Positions 12,600-26,118 of a stretch of 64,000 nucleotides of DNA are shown one piece after another. The position numbers and the translations under genes are program-made. The DNA comes from Lingula anatina (Eukaryota; Animalia; Brachiopoda), in the NCBI GenBank assembly GCA_051362555.1, contig CM120644.1:18002534-18066533 (forward strand), in the 5' to 3' direction. Position 1 is the stretch's first letter. Each line of letters opens with the position of its first letter. A model generated the notes under the pieces. That model worked only from the letters and a program-made list of their open reading frames with translations. It was not told the origin of the DNA and searched no databases.

Positions 12600-15500
12600 T
12601 TAAGAATAATTTTTATTCATTCATAAATATATTTATGTACAAAATATATCAGAAATTTTAGTATTCACTGAGCTCTTTAAAGTGAAACAAATAAAGATGA
12701 GAATATTGAATTTCAAACTATTATTTACTATATTAACTTAAAATATCTTTTAAGTCAACTTTATACTCAAGCACTCTATACTCTATACTCATGAAAGTAG
12801 CATCTGTGAGTAAAACCATTTTATTATATCAATAGAGGAACAAAAACAAAAATTTTACACATAAGCAGTAATAAATGAAGTCATAAGAATGATTAAGTTG
12901 CTACAGTTTTCCAGTTTTATGCAGTCTATGATGGCATTTTTTTCATCCGTGCAAATAGAAATAATTATATTCTTTTTTTATCTGACTTGCTGATACCAGT
13001 CTGTGCCAGATACTATTCCACTTACAGGCCAGCAAGGTCTGAAAATCTAATGGGCCAAATGAAAAAAAAAATCCTAGAAGATAAAGTGGTTAATTCTTAC
13101 AAATAGGATAAAAAACATGGGATTTTCAAAAGGTTATTATAGATCAAGACAACACTTAGTAAGAACATTTATAAAATGTTACAGCTGAAAAAATTAACTG
13201 GTAAGTAAGCAGTAAGTGACTGCTTCAAAGAAATTTCACTGGCAATCAGGTAGACTGTTATACCATGGCACTCAACAATTTATATATAGGTTTTGAATTT
13301 TTTTCCACGTAACAGTAACACAAAATTTATGTCCACTTTTGCAATGTATAGAGTCAGTTAGGTGACTGAAAATATTTTAAAATGTCATAAAGGAGCACTA
13401 TTAATTTAATGCAATCTCTGTTGGCCAGTCTTATCCAGTTTCTTCTCCAAAAAGGACAACTCAAGTGAGAATTTCTTCAGGGCCTTTTCTTCTGCCTTGC
13501 TAATGCCATGCCACTCAGAAAAGAGAGAAACCTGTAGGTTAGAAAAAAAACAAACATAATAATAGCATTATGAACTACTAGTATCCAAGTAGACATTATG
13601 GAATTACGCAGTGAAGTTTAATGTGTCTTGTTATGACTTGACTGAAATAATGTTCACCACATAAATGAACAATTTACAACTAAATTTATATAGAACATCA
13701 AGATTCATGATCACAAGCTAATAACCCCAAGAAATTGAAAGAAATTGTACTTATTACAAGAAATTATTTAAATCCACCCTGGTTCCTACTCTTCTGACAG
13801 GACAAAAAGGGGATTTCAGAGAGGCTGGTTGCTAAAAGGAAAATGCCCAAGGTTGTTGTATTTTGAAAAAAAAAAAAAAATTAAAAAGGGTACTGTTGTT
13901 AGTGAATGTTTAATGCATCTTAGGCATTATGACAAAAGTAACTTACCCCAGACACACTGACCTCCTTTTTTCATTGACATATTTTAATTTTTTCCAGCCT
14001 GACCATAATTCATATATTCAATGCAGCCTTCTCCCATATCTATAATAGAAAAAAAAACTTGAGTAGTTAAGATATGCATGTCAAATTCATTATCAATTTT
14101 GAGAGAATTTCTGTTTCAACACTACAAGATGAAATATTTAATTTCAAGTAATGAATAAACCTTAATAGAGTTCTATTCTTTTGTAACCACCAAGGCAAAG
14201 CTTCTTTCTTAAAATGAACTGAAACATCCAAGCTTGCCACCTAACATGCCAAAGTAGTGAAGTATAATTTAAGTAGAGAAGCAAGTACCCCTTAATTATA
14301 GAGGTGTCTTACACAATAAAGTGTGTCTTACACACCTTGACTCAAAGAGAGATGTGTAGTGAGATAACAGTAATTGGTGGAGCCTAGGTGAACTTAAAAC
14401 CTTAAGACTTTAAATTAAGAAGCACCAGGATTCATGTGTGTTCTTTTTTCAAAGGTTTAATATGAATTCAAACATATATATGTAAAAAGAAGACTAAATA
14501 AGTTAAAAATAACTATACCAAAGACACTGTGAAGTCAAACTTCCTGTTAGACCGCCATGATGGAAAATGCTGGGTGGAGGCAAAATTTTCCAGTCAAAAA
14601 AACTGAGCACTTTACTTTAACAACAAAGTTACCACTCCAAAGCCACCCACCATGGTGAGAAGAAAAATGATGACCAACTGTCATGATAAGTCTTTTTAGA
14701 TTTACACATGAAAAAGGTAAAGGCCAAAATGGTACATTTACCCATAACACTAGAGTAAAAAATTGGTATTCTGAACAAATCAGGTTATTTTTTTCAAGAA
14801 ATATTGGAGCAGTATCCATGCAATATATACCACGCCACGACCAAGATGTTCAAGAATCTAAACACACCAAATTTTTTTATAATCTTGCATTTGAAAAGTA
14901 CAAAAAGCGGTAAGGCTTTTGGCCGTAACAAGCGTAACACTTTTTGATCGGAACTCATGAAAATTGTCAATTGTCGTATCCAAGCTAGACCACATGTAAA
15001 ATCGCAAAAAAAACAATACTGCTCAAGCAAGTGTGTTGCACACATAACATTTAGTTAAATATTATGACTGTCATGTGACACAAGTTTCAAAAAGTAGGAG
15101 GAAAATGTCTTTTGGAGTAATTTTTTTTCGATATATTAACAAGATGGCGGCTTAAGCATCTGCTTGTTATTCGGCTACTGAAAGTGCACCTAAGTTTTAT
15201 TCTTTGCTACTGCCACAAATTACTTAACAATTGCAACTGTATAAAGACCAAACTTTGTTCATCTGATACTATATTTATAGGCACTTGTTATGAGTGGGAA
15301 ATATTTTTCGTGCAATATTTATTCTCCACACACCACCTCGCGAGATCAACGTGTAGCTGGGCACTTACACAGTGAGACCCTACGACATAAAAAGTGCAAT
15401 TTATCTTCATATTTCGTGTAGTTATGCATTTAAAAGCACTTACCTGTTTTTTGAAAACCTTGTCCAACGTAATATCATATAAATTCTGTATTTCTCTCAT

Positions 15501-15600
15501 TTTTTAGAAACTTGGGACTCCGTTTCTGTTTCTGTCCTCAAAAATCAACAGACGAAGGCACAGATACTAACAAACGAGATTTAAACGAGAGTAGCAATTA
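12600..15600 (-). other. Putative spliced transcript (lncRNA or microprotein): exons ~15600-15444, 14039-13947, 13531-~12600
   Basis: Strong donors CAG|GTAAGT (15444) and GGG|GTAAGT (13947); acceptors with pyrimidine tracts at 14039 and 13531; AATAAA at ~12612; CCAAT/GC-box cluster upstream. No recognised protein. Confidence 0.5.
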
Positions 15601-15649
15601 AGCGTAACAGAGATAGGCATCCATTGTTCTCTGGGTTCTATTCATTCCG

Positions 15650-15692
15650 ACCAATGAGAGACCGTAATACGGGCTCCGCCCCCACGCGTGTA
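15650..15692. promoter_or_regulatory. CCAAT box plus GC box (CTCCGCCCC) plus CACGCGTG; probable promoter of the minus-strand transcript
   Basis: Motifs clustered in a CpG-containing patch just upstream of the first exon. Confidence 0.5.
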
Positions 15693-16916
15693 ATCTCCTT
15701 CTGTTATAACTCCTTGGTTCCATTCCCCACTCTACCTCTGAAGATTCCAATGAACTTGTTATATATTCAAAGACTTTTTTCTTTCAAGTTATATAAAGAT
15801 TCCATACGAAATTGAAAGGGTCATCTATAAACCCCCCTTCTCTGGGAAATAAGCTTTGATAATTGCGCCCTTCGGGTTGCTCTAAGCAGGGACTTGCATG
15901 TATATCGTGCCTACGATATAATTCCCTGCTCTAACACGGAATCTTAGAGGAGGTGCTCCGTATACCCAGTAGAGTTTTGACAGCCATCATATACACAGCC
16001 TCTACATTGCAGTTTTAAAGTTCTACATTCATCTGCCTAGTTTAGATATCCAAGGTCGTAACCAATAGTTGAAGCGCAATAAGGTAGATCTCTCTTACTG
16101 GGGGGAGGAGGGGGGGGGGTCCTTACCGATCCTCTGGATAACAATATTGAGAAGAATCAAACAAGTGCTGCCTCAGCTTAGTTAGGACTATATAACTCAT
16201 AAACATAAAAAAGAAAATAAAAGCTCAATTTTGAAACATGTTTGATATCAAAACGTACGTAAACTCAATAGTGTTTTGATTATTGAATAAAAATGGACAC
16301 TGTTTACACATCCAGCCGCTACACAATGGAAAATAATCCGTTGACTTTTGGCATTTCGATCGTTTCGACCAATTAGCTGGTTAAACTCAACATTCAATGC
16401 ACGGAAATATTTAATTAGAATTTCATTCCGGCGCTCTCTTGGCGCAATATTGATTTTGTTAATTTAGGTTATTAATGAAATCCCGTTTTTACATAGATAC
16501 GCCACACAGTTGACTCATGCCAATGAAGTTCGAACTGATGAACGTGGTGATTGGAATCTGGATCCAGAACCAAACTTATAAACAGATGTATACCTAGATA
16601 TGCCGTTTCTTTTATTCTGAGTTCAGATGTCTGGAAACCAGCAAGGAATTCTTATATTTAGCACCGAGGTGGGGTGCTCAGTTCTTCGTACAATGTAATA
16701 TACCAATTCACATTTATGAAACAGTTTTCAACGTACGAAGGAAACGACCAAGACTGGTCACCCAGTGATATGAAGAACAGGCACTTATTTTTTTAACTTT
16801 AAAATGTGGTTAAGCAAATCATCCGTTTGGTATCTCCTCTGGGACCAATGGTTGCATATATCTCTTTTTCATTTGTGAACATTGCATTTTCTTTTTTTAA
16901 ATGTGCCTAGAACAAA

Positions 16917-17322
16917 CCAGGAAACGTTTTTTGCGACTTGAGGATTATTCTGTAAACTGTAAATTGACCATAAGACTTTAAAATGGACCCCGTGAAAGTT
17001 ACGCCACCGCATTTTCACACTTTTGAAGATCACGGAGACTGATAGGGCGAATCAGGCACATTTTTTCGGGTGAAAAATATACATCATTTATAGGGGAGAA
17101 ATCTGACACTTTCCCCTCCAGGAAACGTTTTTTGCGACTTGAGGATTATTCTGTAAACTGTAAATTGACCATAAGACTTTAAAATGGACCCCGTGAAAGT
17201 TACGCCACCGCATTTTCACACTTTTGAAGATCACGGAGACTGATAGGGCGAATCAGGCACATTTTTTCGGGTGAAAAATATACATAATTTATAGGGGAGA
17301 AATCTGACACTTTCCCCTCCAG
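16917..17322. repeat. Near-perfect ~201-bp tandem duplication
   Basis: CCAGGAAACGTTTT...TTCCCCTCCAG occurs twice back to back, with about 2 differences. Confidence 0.92.
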
Positions 17323-20056
17323 TAATTCTTGAATTTGGATTAGATTTTGGTTATTATCATTTCCAAGTAACCCGAGCATAGGTGAAATTGAAATTCGAGA
17401 GAGTGATACGGACCATACCAGCTTCGATTTTATCACGTATCCATGATGTAATATGCCTCTAGCATGGTAGAACCGAACCAGCAAATATTCCCAGATCGAT
17501 TTACAATTTTCCTTTATTTTATATATTGGACTTGGGAAAGGGAAAAGCAAGTAGCAACCGGTTCTTCCTTGATTAAATTTAAGTTAAGGATCGGCGTTTC
17601 CTCCCTCGGATTCTACGCGTTCGGGTTGAACAATACGTCTTGTGTAAAAAGGGGCTATTGAAACTTGGTTAAAAACAACACACAAAGCACGGGCGATATG
17701 AGCCGCATAACGCTGCCTAAGTTAGTAAACACGCCAGCCACGGAGGATAGAGGACGAACGTGCACGGACAGCCGGGCTGACCACAGGAATCTAAAGTAAG
17801 TTATATTTTCTAGGAAAATATTCGTGTATAATAGAGTAAAAAAGAGAAAAAAATGGTTTTGAAGTATGGTCAGACGCGTGCTTGTTGAATGAGAAGTGTT
17901 TGTGAAATTAATGACTAGAGAAAGTGACGAGGAGGATATTTTCTGTCCTCGTCTCGCTTATCAATAATATATAAAAAAGAGAACAGATTTTTAAAAAACG
18001 TTTTAGACTGACAGATAAGTAATGTCTATAGAAAAACGATTACTGGTGGTACTCTTTGAAGAATGAAAATTAAATACAAGATAGGAAAAGCTATTTCTTT
18101 GGGTAGATTTACACTGAACGTGCATTGTAATGGGTGTGTTACCTGTTAAAGAGATAAATACGCTAGACGTTTTCCTCTAACTGCATTTTATAAAAGGAGA
18201 AATTAATGTCTAAAGTCAAATTCATTGTTGAGTTTATGGTATAAATAGTAGATAATTTTATCCTTTTTAAAAGGTTTCCCAACATTTCTGTTTCTGACTG
18301 CGTTGTCAGAAAAAAAGTCCTATAGTAGTTAGAAAACAAGGGGCATAAAATAAAGGGACAAATATTTCGATTTAACTGTAGGCGCATTATTATATTATAT
18401 GAAACATGTATTTTATTGTTTGAATTAGGTGAGCGTACTGTATTATTGATAGTTTTCTCTGGACGGCATTCTCCAGCTGTCGATTATATATGGCTTTGCT
18501 TATAGCGCAAGAAGATAGGAAGTAACATCATTTTTCTAAGGCCCACTTCAACGTTTCGAGTCTTATTATCTCACTCATTTTTTCCGCTTCAGTACGAACG
18601 AGTACTGCGCCCCTACAGATCTATCGACGAAAACTCATTAGTTGCTATTGGAAATTTTCTCACGCAAGGATAGCGTTTACATTCAAGACAATCGTTGAGC
18701 CAAATATTTTTGAATTAATAATCAATTACCACTATCGTTTTATTAGGTAATTAAATCAAAAGGCAGTTAAGGTTCCTTGGGTAAGTATCGATCATTAAAG
18801 AGTACGGGGTTAAACCTTGGGTCCAGTTGAGCTTTATATATGAATATTTCTCTATGCATAATTTAAGTCACCAAAATGGCTTATTACGGATATTAAGTTA
18901 CACATGAATGCTTTAGGGGATTATTTTGTTTGGAACACGATAAGAATAATGAGGCAAAGAAATATTTTTCTTTAGTCCAGTAGGGGACCGAAGAAAAGAC
19001 TGAGAGAACCCTTCTCGAATTTCAGAAACCTTATGTTTTAAAGAACTTGAGAAATAACACCAGTGTGACTTTTCGCGGCCAAGTGACATATTTCTCCCAC
19101 TTTGATCAATTATTCCATTTCTACAGAATTACACGTCCGTCTGATTTGATCTGGGGTTTTATAATTGAATAATTCAAATATTGATTGTTACGTCGAACGC
19201 GTGGTTGCAATGTGCCCGTTGAAGCGTGAGGGCGAGATTGTTGTTAATAACCACCTGGTAACAACGAGCCTCGATCGAAGAAATAAACAACGGAATACAG
19301 AGACGGAAATAGGTGCTCATTGAATTTTTAGGGGGAAGGCTAAAGACAAAATATATTGCTCAATGCTTCTTGATTAAGTACATGTTTCTTTATAGACGAA
19401 GCACCTGACAACAGTGGTATCCCGCACGGAAAATCATCATACATCATGAAATTTGTGCGAAAAATTAATTACTAAGGCACTAAGGATAAGCTACGTATTA
19501 GGATCACCGATTCTCTGGCAGGCAAAGGCGGGCGAACGTTCCTCCTCACCCCGTTCACAAGGCAGCAAATACGTCCAAGATAGCATTCTCTTCTGTCTCT
19601 CCCCGAATATTCCCGCAGATCGCAATTCTCATGCCTGTTCAATTTGAACAAGTTCCATTGCGATTATGTATTTATCTTTAAGTGCCGTTTCTATGACCTA
19701 TCCAAACTCACATGTTAGTCCAAGGCTCTAACACCTTTCTATCTTATTTGAACAACATCAGCCACTGAGAGATTGTACTGTTTATGTAAGTATTGGGTTC
19801 GCGCGATAGTTCTTTATAGTCAGTTTATTTTAGTGCCTTTGAGAAAGGTTACTGTATGACAACAAGACGCTTAGGGTTCATATCGTCCAGTAGATCTCGA
19901 ATATTGACTGGCAACAGAGGCTTCCGGTTTGAGGCAGGGATGTCGTGAGAGTCTTTGGATATAATGCCGACTGTTGTCATTTGTTTTAACTATCCAGACT
20001 CTCGGTTTGAGTGTGAAGATTGCGGCGTCTCTGAGGTAGAAGGTTCTGTTTAAGAG

Positions 20057-23000
20057 ATGGACGGTGAACGCTGGTGTAGCCCTAGGAACGGCGGGAATAG
20101 ACCCCCACCATGGTAACTTAAAGCTCGTTTGTTAAATGATTTTTTTATAATGATATGATTTCAAGCAAAATGTATGTTATGATATTGTATTGTGTTGGCC
20201 GGTGTAACAGGAATCGTAGTCCGTTCCCCATCACATTACTTTGTAGGTGACATTCGTCCCATATACTAAGCCTAATACTCCGACTAGGGGCCTAATCCGA
20301 ACCTGTACTTTTCATATGGGAGCCCAGAATTTTATTCCTAGGACTTCTATTCCTGTTACACCCGCAGTCTTGGTCTCGTAGGTATAGTCTTAAGTGGGTT
20401 GTAAGGCGCAGCGTCTACACATCTAGAGGCGACATTACGTGTTGACTGTTTATGGTCGACTAAAAGTTAATCATAAACCTGGCGTCAAGGACCCGGTTGT
20501 AGCTTAATCTTCAATATAGTTAAGTTTCTTCTAAGTTTCTGCTGAGAAGAAGTTTTTAAAGTATATAATGAGTGTTATATCAACTGACATGTACATGATG
20601 TAGAAGGAATTGTTACAATTGTTACGTGAACAGAAGCCCTAAGCCTCCTTATAGCGTCCATTATTAACTCTCAAGTCCCGTTACATATAGTGTGCTTTGT
20701 AAAGTGATACATGTAAGCCGCCGCAGAGACATTGTACTCTACTCCAGTCTCATTAGCAATACGTGGGGGGACATTTTTCTCTTAAAACCCGATTGACAGT
20801 TTTTGAATACTGAAATGGATAATTCGAATTGCCCTTAACCATGAAATTTCGGTATCCTTACGTTTAAGAAAATTACGCTGTACAAGAATCTTGACTAAGC
20901 ACTAGAAAATTAAGTATGGTGAAAGCAATATGAAAAGGCAGACGGGATCACAAAAACGTGCTAACATGTAGTGCGATTTTAAAAAGAAATCTTATGCTAC
21001 ATTTACCAAAGAAGTGTTTTTGTGCCGCGCTTTAAGCTTTTAACCCAGAACGTGACTGCTTAAGATTTCCGTGACAGCTGCATCTCGCAAAACACGTGCT
21101 AAATTAGCAGCCTCAGTTTATTTGACATAAAAATATGTCGTTTTCTAACAGGAACAGTAAATTAACAGGTCTTAAACCCGCTCACAAAAAGTTGGAAAGG
21201 TATACCTACTTATAATAACTGAGTTAAAAAGAAAATAAAATTGGCAAGTTAATCGAAATCTTTTTGAGTGTGGCAAGCGGCATATGCGCTGTTAGACTTG
21301 TTGCTTTGGGGATCTTCACAAACTTGATTTGTCCAAAGATTTGTTTTATTTTGGCGTGCATAAAACTATCGAAATTTATGTGTCTGTTTGTGTTTCTACG
21401 GGAGGGAAAAGTTCTCAAGGAGGGAAAACTCATATATGTACAATACACATTGGTTTGTATTCCATTAGCTTTAAACCTGACAGTTGAATTGTTTACCCTT
21501 AGATAACTGTCTAGAGACCGTTGTTTATCTTTAGTATCACTGATGGCGACATCTTTGGTATTCAGCACTAACGGCTTTTTATCTTCGTAATTTTTTTTCT
21601 TTCTTCGAGAACACATTGCTGGATCGCGACGAAATTCTGAGAAATTAGTATCCATTCTTAGATTGTTTAAATCAACTAAGATCATAAAAAGATTCATCAA
21701 GTGTCGTTACTGTTATATATCAACATTTGACCTAAATCTATAGAACGATCAATATTTCGAACGTGACATGAATATTGAACCTATATTGGCAGACTGTTGT
21801 GTAAATATAAGTGATCAATCCCTCAGATACAGAGATCTCAGCTCTGCATTTCTTGAGACACTGGCAGGCTTTTACAACAGTGTGCTTTTTTGATTATTAA
21901 TTATCATAAGCCACAAGTGGTGTCGGCTTCGCAGTGCAACCTTCCTACTATATTTCAGCCAGATTTTTTTTGGTTTGTTTTTATCAATAATGCATTAATA
22001 ACCTAATAGAAATTAGTGTAAAACGCCAATGTTTACAAAACTGCAGGTTTCTCTTCTACCCAAGTAATCTAAATCGACCAACGGACTGCTAGAACTGTAG
22101 GCCTAAATGAAATAATATTGTAATTGTGTATACCTGGGTGCCTTGCCATTTAACAGTCGAAATTTTGAACAAACATGAACAACAAACTCGAATATGGCTC
22201 AGTTATTTGCATGCATAAAACTATTTGACTAGCCTCGAAACACCTTAAGGTTAACCGCTGCCAAGTTTTTGTAAATAATATTTTTATTAACTCTTATAGA
22301 AAGGGGTGTTATGTAAGCTTAAAAGGCGTGTCATTAAGTGTTCAGCTTCCTAGTGGTACCCGTTAAAGGTCGATGAGGTGATGGACGTTTCTTGTTCCGT
22401 CACTTGAAAGAAGAAAAAAATAAAAACACGGAAACTATAAAAAGTGTAATAAATAGTTCTCATGTTGCTGTACCGATTGATGTTGACGAGTATTTTGCCA
22501 GCATGTTGTGTTGTATTATACCAGCAAGCGCGATCGATCAAATTCTGAATGGCAGTCAAGTACAGAGTACCCGTGTTTAATTTATTTAAAAACATGAACA
22601 ATTTCTGTAAAAAATAAAGAACCTGCTCGCTCTGAAATTCGACAAGGTGATCATGGTAGTTTTGATCATGGTAGTTTTTATCCCGCTCAGATACGTACAA
22701 AGTACCTAATCTTTTTTTCTTTTTGAGCGCAAAGAAACGTTTATTGTGGTCGTGGTTTAATTTTGTGTTGGTTTTGTACACTACTTTTTACATTGCATGT
22801 TGCATGGGAATCAATACCTACAGTTCCACTTGCAAGTGTTTCCCTGATAGGGCCTACATGTTATAGTGATATAGCAATCAGGGGCGGGTTTAGGGCGTCT
22901 TCTGGGTCTTCCGGAAGACGGTCAGATTTTCAAGTTTACATTGACGGGTATTTCGGAAGACGGTCAAAAATGGAGGACGGATCAACATAGATAAATTGGA

Positions 23001-24937
23001 AGACTGTCAAAAAATAACTCTGGATCCGCCCCTGGCAATGCTATGTACCAGGGCATTTAATGTCTAGAGTGACGATCCATTACCAACCGATACAGCGCAT
23101 AATTACTGGCCTATGATATAGCAAAATCAAAGTACTGCATATAAAACTTCGAATGTAGAAACTATGAGCGAAGGCCCACACTGCTGTTTCGCACTTAATG
23201 TAGATTAATTTTTCAAATACTAATTGGTTTCATGCATACGAACGAGTACTTTTTTTTTGGACAACTTAAAATAATCCCTTTTAGAGTTATACGTTTTATC
23301 TTAAAATAATGTATTTCTACTTATTTTTCAGCGGAGAAATGTTGACAGCAGCACGAATGGTGGCGCCCTCCAGGGAGCCGTCGTCAACGAGCGATCACGT
23401 GGCCATCACCTCGCGACCTGAAGCTGCCATAGGTCGCATTACCCGGAAATTGTACTCCAGGACAAAATTGTCTCAACCGGAACTGGATCTTTTGTCCAAC
23501 ACCTGTCAGTTCGAAGACGTCCCGGCTTTATTGGAACCAAATGCTGATGATGACGTCGTCGACGACCCGTCCCAGAGTAAAGACCGTGGGGATATTTCTG
23601 AAGCGTTTCCAAAATCCCAACAGAAAAAGTTAGCCCAAAAGAAGAAGGTCGTCCCATCACCGGAGGAGAACGCCACGGGTTTATTGGCTTTGACTGATAT
23701 TTTGTATAGGACAGATTATTCTCACATGGTGCATTTGAAGAAAAAACAATGCGTGCCAAAAAGAACGAAAGTGACGGAGTATAACCTGAAGGATGAGGAG
23801 ATTTGCGTGCTCAAAAAGTATAAGTCGGAGCTAGTCAGAGAGTTAAAGATATGCCGTGACGTTATGCTGCATAGAGCACGAGAAACCATCACGACAGACG
23901 ATGAGAAAATGGCACTCACCATTGACGTCGACAGTTTGAAAATCCTGCAGACACTTATGGATAGAAAGTATAAAGAGCTCTGTGACTTCAAAACCACCCT
24001 GTGTAAAGAAACGCTTTTGACGCTTCAGAAACTTGATAAAATGGTGGCCACTCCGCTAAGATGGGAAATAGAAAAGGCGGGACTGGGAGAAATTGTAATG
24101 GAACAATTGGAAAGCAATATGGCCGCGCTTAACGCTCTCAAGGTACAGAAGCGACATTGTGAAGAGACAATTGAAGAAGCCAACCGATCTCTACAGAAAT
24201 GTGCCAAATCGAAATTTCAAGCTCCGATACGCAGCGATCTTGACAAATTCATTGAGAAGTACAAAAATAAGATTACGGAAGTTGAAAAGGAGATGGCTGA
24301 GGTCGAACAAAGGGTAGAAAAATGCCGAAATTCAGCTGACTTACCAAAGTCGGGAACTGATAATAAAGGTTCCCGAGCTCCTGCTCAAAATCTCATGGAC
24401 AAAGTTCAAAGTCTGCTGTCCCGGACTGAAAACAACTTGGACAACCTTCTCAAGAAACTTTACGACACTATAGCCACGCACGAAAGAACGATTGCCGATT
24501 GTCGTAACACAATTGCTCAACACGAGGGAACGATTTCCGATCTAACAACAAAAAACTTCGAGCTCACAAACACATTACATAACACACAAGCTAACTTACA
24601 GGAGACCACTAGGCTGTGGAAACTGGACCAGGATAAGTTGGCTGGATGCCGGTCGAAAATCGCCGACCAGGAGCTTAACCTCGAGTCCCTGATAGATCAT
24701 CGCGCCGCTCTCATGGTGGAAGTGGGCGAACTCAAGAACACGATAAAAGACAGAGAAGCCACCATTGCTCGAATGTTTGAGGAAATTAACGCCATGAAGA
24801 AGGAGAGATATAAACTCCAAGTGACCGTGAAAGAAAAAGAGTGCTTTATTTCGGCTCTCCAGAAAGAGAGAGGCGATCTTAGGAGAGAAATACTGGACAG
24901 AAAGTCACTTGTTCCACTAAATTTAGTAAAATATTGA
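20057..24937 (+). CDS. Uncharacterised coiled-coil protein (~553 aa); coding exons 20057-20112 and 23332-24937
   Basis: 1.6-kb open exon after acceptor TTTTTCAG|23332, rich in E/K/L with long heptad stretches. Upstream exon 19998-20112 (ATG 20057, MDGERWCSPRNGGNRPPP, phase 2) joins in frame; otherwise the start is ATG 23339. AATAAA at ~25113. Possible 5' UTR exon ending at 17795. Confidence 0.8.
20201..20362. mobile_element. MITE with GGTGTAACAGGAAT terminal inverted repeats
   Basis: GGTGTAACAGGAATCGTAGTCC...GGACTTCTATTCCTGTTACACC. Confidence 0.7.
22879..23034. mobile_element. MITE, CAGGGGCGG family, 5-bp TSD GCAAT
   Basis: TIR CAGGGGCGG/CCGCCCCTG; same element at 52117 and 58797 in the opposite orientation. 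Confidence 0.88.
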
Positions 24938-26118
24938 AATTATTAACCGCCTTAAGAAAAACATGACTCTAGTTATGTTATCATTCACTGTTTAACATCT
25001 ACGCATATGTGCCTTAATAGTATTTCAGTCAAGGCGTTTCAAATTTTGAAACGTGACTCGATGTTGCTCAAATTCCTGGTAAAAAAAAACCGGGAAAAAG
25101 TTTTTATTTTTTAATAAATTTTTTTATAATAAATTTAAAATAGCATGGTTCTTAAAAAACATTTTACAGTATTTCTGAATATTTACTTGCTCAGAAAATA
25201 TTGGATGATAGATGTGCAAAATGTTAGGCTAGGCCTACTTGCGAAATCATCCAAATCTCTTCTGCAATTTTGAAAGCAGTCGTCTTTCTATTGACAAGCT
25301 TTATTAAACAGTCAGATGTACATCATGTAATCTATGTGGCGATTTATTACTTTAATTGGAAGTTTACATTCAATTCACTTTCGTTCAATTCATTCGAAAC
25401 ATAAAATGAAAATTGGCACCATTCTGATTCACATATCAATTTGTAATACTTGTTAAATACATTTTATATAATTATCTCTTTTCTCAAGTCATTTATTCCA
25501 TTTTTGTCAATTCATATTATTAATCAATCGTTACTTTAATTGTCTGATCAAATATTTTGACATGACAATTATAATCACCTTTTGAATTTTTGTTTGAAAA
25601 AATAAATGATTAAAAGTGAATTATTCCTTTTCTGTAAGCTTTTACGGGGTTTTAGAGTACCGCTGTATGTTTATATTTGTATAATTAAAATAATCTTAAC
25701 TCAGATTAGACTGACACAGTAGAGGACGGAGCACGGTACTCTTTGACCACAGGGGTCGCTAGTCTATTCTTTAATTTTGTATCCTATACCAGGCTGTCTT
25801 CAGATTAAAAGTTATCGGTCCAACAGGATCGAACTATTTCAGCTGGAATTCTTGCTATTAAAGCGCAATCAATGATATCAGCTTAACTGTCTTGCACGCC
25901 CCTTCGAAACTTAAAGTACTTGGGTAAAGTTGGTCAAAAATTTGTGGTCCATAATGTTGTTCATTTTGCTCAATTTTTGACAACTAGAACACCGTTTTAC
26001 CACATTAAATTGAGACTTATAAAGTCACGATGGGGTGCTCGTGAAATAAATGATCACCATTATCCTCGGGGTACACGCTTATGTACACACATGCCATCAC
26101 CTCCCCTGTGAAGCCCCT

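Noticed and set aside
13947-14039. Selenoprotein interpretation of the in-frame TGA codons
   Set aside because: No ATGA-N11/12-AA-...-GA SECIS stem was seen by eye in 12600-13400, there is no CxxU motif, and I see no resemblance to known selenoproteins. Kept only as a test in the findings.
21224-21700. 158-aa minus-strand ORF inside the coiled-coil gene intron
   Set aside because: Non-ATG start, no recognisable motif or splice support; plausible as a chance ORF.
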